Made by a program: the position numbers and the translations under genes. A stretch of 64,000 nucleotides of DNA from Polyangiales bacterium (lineage in GTDB: Bacteria; Myxococcota_A; Polyangia; Polyangiales; Polyangiaceae): assembly GCA_038231275.1 (NCBI GenBank), contig JBBRLQ010000008.1, positions 1 to 64,000 on the forward strand, read 5' to 3'. Positions 58,800 through 64,000 of this stretch are shown one piece after another. The notes under the pieces are model-generated. The model was not told where the DNA came from, did no database searches, and saw only the letters and a program-made list of their open reading frames with translations. Position 1 is the stretch's first letter. The number at the start of each line of letters is the position of its first letter.

Positions 58800-60299
58800 T
58801 TAGTCGCCCGCTCGTACCAGCTGCAGGTAGAAGCGCACGGCGGTCGCGAGGGGCTCGACGCCGCAGCGTTCGTTCGTGCCGTGGATGGTCGGCAAGTCGG
58901 GCGGGCGCATGACGAACGGCGAGAAGTGGTACACGCCGCCGGCGAGCGCGGTGTAGTGCCGCGCGTCGGTCGCGCCGCCGACGACGTTGGGGGCGACGAG
59001 GGCGCCGGGGAAGAACTGGCGAACCGTCGTCTCGAGGAGGCGGTAAGCCCGCGTGTCGGTCGACGCTGGCGGTGGCGGCTCGCTGCGCATCCCCGTGCGC
59101 GCCTCGACCGTCACGCGCGGGTCCGCGACGGCCGCGCGCACGTGCGCGACGACGTCGTCGGTGGTGTCTCCGGGAAGAACGCGAAAGTTCACGACGGCGC
59201 GCGCGCGCGACGGGAGCACGTTCTCCTTCACGCCCCCTTCGATGATCGTCACCGCGGTCGTCGTGCGTACCGCCGACGCGGTGGGGGGCTGCTTCGTCAT
59301 CATGGAGACGAGCAGCGGTTCGAAGAGCCAGACGTTGGACATGACGACGCGCCGGCCGAACGGCATCTCCGGCGCGATGGACTCGAACATCGAGCGCGTC
59401 GAGTCGGTGAGGCGCGCCGGCATCTGCTCCTTCTCGAGGCGCTCGACCGCGGCGGCGAGGACGCCGATCGCCGTGTGGTCGGGAGGCATCGACGAGTGGC
59501 CCGTCTTCTCCTCGACGGTGAGGTCGACCGAGACGTAGCCCTTCTCCGTCACGCCGATGAGCGCGATGGGGGGCGGTAAGTCCGGCACGATCCCGTCGGC
59601 GACGATCCCGCCTTCGTCGAGCACGTAGTCGAAATGCAGACCCTTGGCGGCGAAGGTCTCCGCGATCTTCGCGGCGCCGCGGCGGCCGCTCACCTCTTCA
59701 TCGGCTCCGAACGCGAGGTAGAGCGTGCGCTTCGGTGTGAAGCCTTGCGTGGCGAGCGCTTCGACCGCCTCGAGGATGGCCACGAGTGACCCCTTGTCGT
59801 CCAGTGCGCCCCGCCCCCAAATGAAGCCCCCGTCGATATCGCCCGCGAACGGCGGGTGGCTCCACTTCGCCTCGGTGCCCGGCTCGACGGGAACGACGTC
59901 CATGTGCGCCGCGAGGAGCGCCGGCGCGCGCGACGCGTCGCTCCCGCGCCACACGTACACGAGGGAGTCGCCGCCCACGATCTCGCGCGTCAACGTCGAA
60001 TGCAGCTTGGGGTAGGTCGCTTCGAGGTAGCCGCGCAGCTGCTCGAAGGTGCGCGGGTCGTCGTCCTTCGCTTGCTCATGCGAGACGGTGGCGAAGCGGA
60101 TCACGTCCGCGAGGTGCTGTGCGACTCGTGCCGCGTCGACGTCGTCTCGCGGCGGGGCGGCGACGACGGGGATCGCGGCCTTTCCTTTGCGCAGCGTGTT
60201 CACAAGCACCACCGCGAGGAGCGCCGCAAGGATCACGAAGGGGACGCGGAGTGCCCGCGCGAAGACCCGCCACCCACGCTTGAGACGCGCGCCCATCAT
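58800..60299 (-). CDS. M20 family peptidase (carboxypeptidase S / PM20D1-like)
   Basis: N-terminal TM; AHMDVVP, WGRGALDDKG, DEE, LDEG, GHSS.PP, GATDARHY, IHGTNE. Confidence 0.9.
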   Translation of the reverse strand: MMGARLKRGWRVFARALRVPFVILAALLAVVLVNTLRKGKAAIPVVAAPPRDDVDAARVAQHLADVIRFATVSHEQAKDDDPRTFEQLRGYLEATYPKLHSTLTREIVGGDSLVYVWRGSDASRAPALLAAHMDVVPVEPGTEAKWSHPPFAGDIDGGFIWGRGALDDKGSLVAILEAVEALATQGFTPKRTLYLAFGADEEVSGRRGAAKIAETFAAKGLHFDYVLDEGGIVADGIVPDLPPPIALIGVTEKGYVSVDLTVEEKTGHSSMPPDHTAIGVLAAAVERLEKEQMPARLTDSTRSMFESIAPEMPFGRRVVMSNVWLFEPLLVSMMTKQPPTASAVRTTTAVTIIEGGVKENVLPSRARAVVNFRVLPGDTTDDVVAHVRAAVADPRVTVEARTGMRSEPPPPASTDTRAYRLLETTVRQFFPGALVAPNVVGGATDARHYTALAGGVYHFSPFVMRPPDLPTIHGTNERCGVEPLATAVRFYLQLVRAGD

Positions 60300-61207
60300 C
60301 GCTTCTTCTTCGACGACGGGGCCGGCGCGAGCTCCAGCGAAAACGGGGCCTTCGCCTCGGGCTCCGCGCCGCCGACGAGCGACTCGAGGACGGTGACCTC
60401 CTTCCGGAACGATTTGTTCTCGTCCGGCTCGGTCTCGAGCACCGCGGGGAGGTCGGCGAAGCGTGGATCGTTCAGGAGTCGCCAGAAGAGCGGCAGCCCG
60501 AGGTTCCCTTCGCCGACGTGCTCGTGGCGATCGACGCGCGAGCCGAGGGGCTTCTTCGAGTCGTTCAAGTGGAAGGCGCAGAGCTTCTCCATGCCGACGG
60601 CACGGCCGAAGTCCTCCCACAGCTTGGCGTAGCCGTCGGCCGTCGAGATGTCGTAGCCGGCGGCGAAGGCGTGCTGCGTGTCGAAGCAGACGCCGAGGCG
60701 GTCGCGCTCCTTCGTGCGCTCGAGGATCGCCTCGAGGTGGCCGAACAGGTGGCCCACGCACGTCCCCTGCCCCGCCGTGTTCTCGAGGAGCACCATCGCG
60801 CTCTTGCCGCGCGTCCTCTCGTGCACCTCGTCGAGCGACGCGGCGATGCGCGTGATGCCAGGGTCCTCGCCGAAGCCGAGGTGCGCGCCGGGGTGGAGGA
60901 CGACGTACGGAATGCCGAGCGCGCTCGATCGCTCGACCTCTGCGACGAGGGAGTCGACGCTCTTCTTCAGGACGTCGGGTTTGTCGGTGGCGAGGTTGAT
61001 GAGGTAGCTCGTGTGCGTCAGCACCTTGCCGCCGAACGCGGCGTGCGCGGCGCGAAACTGCGAGATCGCCTCGTCGGTCAACGTCGGCTCGCGCCACATG
61101 CCCGAATTCTTCGTGAAGATCTGGACGGCGCGGCAGCCGTCGTTCTTGCCGCGCTCGAAGGCGGTGTGGAGGCCGCCGGCGATCGATTGGTGGGCGCCGT
61201 AAAGCAT
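60296..61207 (-). CDS. nfo: Endonuclease IV
   Basis: GAHQSIAGG, QIFTKN, H.SYLINL, HPG, LENTAGQG, DTQH.FAAG, HLNDS, DRHEHVG, LET. Confidence 0.96.
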   Translation of the reverse strand: MLYGAHQSIAGGLHTAFERGKNDGCRAVQIFTKNSGMWREPTLTDEAISQFRAAHAAFGGKVLTHTSYLINLATDKPDVLKKSVDSLVAEVERSSALGIPYVVLHPGAHLGFGEDPGITRIAASLDEVHERTRGKSAMVLLENTAGQGTCVGHLFGHLEAILERTKERDRLGVCFDTQHAFAAGYDISTADGYAKLWEDFGRAVGMEKLCAFHLNDSKKPLGSRVDRHEHVGEGNLGLPLFWRLLNDPRFADLPAVLETEPDENKSFRKEVTVLESLVGGAEPEAKAPFSLELAPAPSSKKKR

Positions 61208-61256
61208 GCCTCCCATCTAATCCGCCCGGGCGCCGTGTGCTATGCCCAACGCCGCC

Positions 61257-61553
61257 ATGAAGCTCGACCTCTCGCACATCGAACACGTCGCGAAGCTGGC
61301 GTCCTTGTCGCTCACGAAGGACGAGGCGGAGGTGATGACGGCGGAGCTCGGGGACATCCTCAAGTACGTGGAGGAGCTGTCGCAGGTGGACACGTCGAGC
61401 GTGGCGCCGACCGCGAGCGTGCAGCTCGGGCCGACCGCGTGGCGCCGCGACGACGTGCAGCCGGGGCTCCCGCACGACGAGGCGCTGGCGCAGGCCCCAC
61501 GTCAGGCGGACGGAGGCTTCGCGGTGCCGGCGTTCGTCGAGGGGGGCTCGTGA
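61257..61553 (+). CDS. gatC: Asp-tRNA(Asn)/Glu-tRNA(Gln) amidotransferase subunit C
   Basis: HVAKLASL, IL.YVE.L..VDT..V.PT, R.D, L.QAP....F.VP; precedes gatA. Confidence 0.93.
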   Translation: MKLDLSHIEHVAKLASLSLTKDEAEVMTAELGDILKYVEELSQVDTSSVAPTASVQLGPTAWRRDDVQPGLPHDEALAQAPRQADGGFAVPAFVEGGS

Positions 61554-63010
61554 TCGGACACGTCGCGGAGATCGCCGATCGCGTTCGAGCAGGCGAGACG
61601 AAGGCAGAGGAGATCGCGAAGACCGCGATCGCGCGCATCGACGCGCTGGATCCGCAGCTGCACGCGTTCCTCGCGGTTCCCCGTGAGAAGATCCTTGAGG
61701 ACGCGCGCGCCGTCGATCGAAAGCGAGCGGGCGGCGCGACGCTCGGCAAGCTCGCCGGCGTCCCTATCGCGATCAAAGACGCACTCTGCACGCACGGCGT
61801 CGCGACCACGAGCGGTTCGAAGATCCTCGAGGGCTGGATCGCGCCGTACGATGCCACCGTCGTCGCGCGCCTCGCCGCCGAGGACGCGATCGTCTGCGGC
61901 AAGACGAACATGGACGAGTTCGCGATGGGCTCGTCGAACGAGAACAGCGCCTACGGCCCCGCCAAGAACCCGTGGGACACGACGCGCGCGCCGGGCGGCT
62001 CGTCGGGCGGCAGCGCGATCGCCGTCGCCGCGCGCATGACGAGCGCCGCCCTCGGGAGCGACACCGGCGGATCGATTCGCCAGCCCGCCGCGTTCACCGG
62101 CACGGTCGGCGTGAAGCCGACGTACGGCCGGGTCTCGCGCTACGGGCTCATCGCGTTCGCGTCGAGCCTCGATCAAGTCGGTCCGTTCGCGACCGACGTG
62201 CGCGGGGCGGCGCGCGTCCTCGGCGTCATCGCGGGTCACGACGCGCGCGACGCCACGTCGCTCGACGCGAAGGTCGGCGATCTCGAGGCGTCGTGCGGCG
62301 CCAGCGTGAAGGGCCTGCGCCTCGGCGTCCCCGACGAGTACTTCCAAGACGGGCTCGATCCCGAGGTCGCCGCCAGCGTACGCGCCGCCATCGAGGGATT
62401 GAAGGATGCAGGATGCACGGTTCACCCCGTGAAGCTCCCGCACACCCGCTTCGCCGTCGCCACGTACTACGTGATCGCGACCGCCGAGGCGTCGAGCAAC
62501 CTCGCGCGCTTCGACGGCGTGCGGTACGGCCGGCGCGTCGAGCCCACCGGCGCCGATCTCCGCGCGATGTACGGCGCTACGCGCGACCAGGGCTTCGGGC
62601 GCGAGGTGAAGCGCCGCATCCTGCTCGGCACGTTCGTGCTGTCGGCCGGCTATTACGACGCGTACTACGGCCGCGCGCTCAAGGTGCGGACGCTCATCCT
62701 CCGGGACTTCACCGAGGCGTTCGCGAACGTCGACGCGATCGTGTCGCCGACAGCGCCGACGCCGGCGTTCGCCCTCGGCGAGAAGGTCGGCGATCCGCTC
62801 GCGATGTACCTGAACGACGTGTACACGCTGCCGGCTAGCCTCGCCGGCCTCCCCGCGATCAGCGTGCCGTGTGCGCCGACGCGCGCCGGTCTGCCGGTGG
62901 GTCTCCAGATCGTGACGCCGGCGCTCGACGAAGCGCGCGCGCTCGCGCTCGCCGCCGCGTGGGAGGCGCGCTCGCCGGCGAAGGACGCGGTGCCGCCGCT
63001 CGCGCGATGA
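61550..63010 (+). CDS. gatA: Asp-tRNA(Asn)/Glu-tRNA(Gln) amidotransferase subunit A
   Basis: GVPIAIKD, GKTNMDEFAMGSS, PGGSSGGS, GSDTGGSIRQPA, EASSNLARFDG, EVKRRILLGTFVLSAGYYDAYY. Confidence 0.97.
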   Translation: MIGHVAEIADRVRAGETKAEEIAKTAIARIDALDPQLHAFLAVPREKILEDARAVDRKRAGGATLGKLAGVPIAIKDALCTHGVATTSGSKILEGWIAPYDATVVARLAAEDAIVCGKTNMDEFAMGSSNENSAYGPAKNPWDTTRAPGGSSGGSAIAVAARMTSAALGSDTGGSIRQPAAFTGTVGVKPTYGRVSRYGLIAFASSLDQVGPFATDVRGAARVLGVIAGHDARDATSLDAKVGDLEASCGASVKGLRLGVPDEYFQDGLDPEVAASVRAAIEGLKDAGCTVHPVKLPHTRFAVATYYVIATAEASSNLARFDGVRYGRRVEPTGADLRAMYGATRDQGFGREVKRRILLGTFVLSAGYYDAYYGRALKVRTLILRDFTEAFANVDAIVSPTAPTPAFALGEKVGDPLAMYLNDVYTLPASLAGLPAISVPCAPTRAGLPVGLQIVTPALDEARALALAAAWEARSPAKDAVPPLAR

Positions 63011-63597
63011 GGATCGAGGCGCTGACGACGGCGCACCTCGGCGCGTTCGAGGCGCTCTTCCGGAGCAGCGACAGCGCGTGCTTCTGCCGGTACTGGCACT
63101 TCACCGGCGACAAGAACGCGTGGCTCGAGCGGTGCGCGCTCTCGCCCGACGACAGCCTTCGCGAGCAACGTTACGCGGTGGCCCTCGCCAAGGACGAGGC
63201 GCGCGGTCTCCTCGCCTTCGATGCGGATGGAGATGGCGCAGGAGACCCTGCGATCGGGTGGATGAAGCTCACGCCGCGCGCGTCCGTCCCGAAGCTGCGC
63301 GGCTTGCCCGTATACCGCGCGCTCGACCTCGGGCCCGACGACGGCGTCTTCGCGATCGGATGTTTCCTCGTTCACCCCGCTCACCGCGGGCGGGGCGTCG
63401 CGCGCACGCTCCTCGCCGCCGCCGACGCCCACGTCCGCGGATGGGGTGGCCGCGCGATCGAGGCCTACCCGCGCCGCACGACCGAGCCGATGCACCCCGA
63501 GCAGGCGATGCAAGGCCCCCTCGGCACCTTCTTGGCGCAGGGGTACGTCGAAATCGGCGGCGAACCCCCCTACCCGGTCCTCCGCAAGCTCCTCTGA
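63007..63597 (+). CDS. GNAT family N-acetyltransferase
   Basis: CFC.YW, IGW, IGCFLV.P.HRGRGVA, IEAYP. Confidence 0.85.
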   Translation: MRIEALTTAHLGAFEALFRSSDSACFCRYWHFTGDKNAWLERCALSPDDSLREQRYAVALAKDEARGLLAFDADGDGAGDPAIGWMKLTPRASVPKLRGLPVYRALDLGPDDGVFAIGCFLVHPAHRGRGVARTLLAAADAHVRGWGGRAIEAYPRRTTEPMHPEQAMQGPLGTFLAQGYVEIGGEPPYPVLRKLL

Positions 63598-63615
63598 CAT
63601 GCCACAATGCGCGGC

Positions 63616-64000
63616 ATGCGCCTGCGCGTGCTTCCCCTCGCCTTCGCCGTCCTCCCCCTCGCCTTCGCCGCGTGCTCCTCCAAAAAGGACACCGACGGCA
63701 CACCTCCGGTCGCCGACGCGGGGCCGTACAGCTACACGCCGACCGGCTGCGCGTACACGGTCACGTCGGTCCTCGCGCGCGGCTACACCGACTCGCAGGC
63801 GGACGGAAAGGCTTCGGGAACGCCGAAGCGTGTGCGTGTCGGCATCGGCGGAGGCACCAAAGCGGGCGCCGCCGGGTACGCAGATCCGTCGACGAGCGCG
63901 GTCTTCACCTGGGAGACCCAGGAGGTCGCGAGCGCCGCGAAGGTCCGGCTCGGCACGAGCCCCACCGCGCTCACCGACGTGCACGCGGGCTACTCGTGGA
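63616..64000 (+). CDS. Lipoprotein, N-terminal part, with purple-acid-phosphatase-type N-terminal (Fn3-like) domain (partial)
   Basis: Lipobox FAAC; PKRVRVG...DPSTSAVFTWET...VRLG; open to the window end. Confidence 0.65.
   Translation, partial: MRLRVLPLAFAVLPLAFAACSSKKDTDGTPPVADAGPYSYTPTGCAYTVTSVLARGYTDSQADGKASGTPKRVRVGIGGGTKAGAAGYADPSTSAVFTWETQEVASAAKVRLGTSPTALTDVHAGYSW

Noticed and set aside
58800-63010. Apparent long fusions in the ORF track (891-aa M20 ORF, 830-aa gatA ORF; also the 688-aa AOS and 850-aa IPT ORFs)
   Set aside because: The N-terminal extensions overlap real neighbouring genes in other frames; true starts are downstream, supported by SD, coupling or promoter evidence.

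Overview
High-GC (roughly 70%) bacterial chromosome segment whose gene content points to a myxobacterium of the Polyangiales (Polyangiaceae/Labilithrix-like). Supporting features are many Cys-rich DAG-motif lipoproteins, Ser/Thr kinase-TPR/PEGA pairs, an FHA-sigma54 activator and a Myxococcales-type ECF sigma factor; this placement is an inference. Housekeeping genes (tig-clpP-clpX, parAB, lspA-lgt-folD-gloA, ileS, thiG/thiE, rpsB-tsf, nfo, gatCA) are interleaved with accessory loci. I saw no rRNA, tRNA, CRISPR array, transposase or integrase. The best candidate for an undescribed system is a divergent lipid biosynthesis locus at about 36.3-42.7 kb: fatty acyl-AMP ligase, 3 ACPs, an active KS, a catalytically dead CLF-like KS and an SPT-like alpha-oxoamine synthase. 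It is abutted by a sigma54-driven lipoprotein/diiron-protein pair with a perfect AT-rich 12-6-12 palindrome upstream. Other notable items: an IleRS2 with HNGH/KESKS motifs and a ~108-aa double-psi-barrel-like insertion; an apparently circularly permuted HEWGT-family lipoprotein; a frameshifted Cys-rich lipoprotein; small genes missing from the ORF track; a bidirectional -10 element shared by a ZAS-kinase and an ECF sigma factor; and recurrent leaderless-type promoters. Many start codons were re-called downstream of the ORF-track starts. All family assignments come from motif recognition, not database searches.
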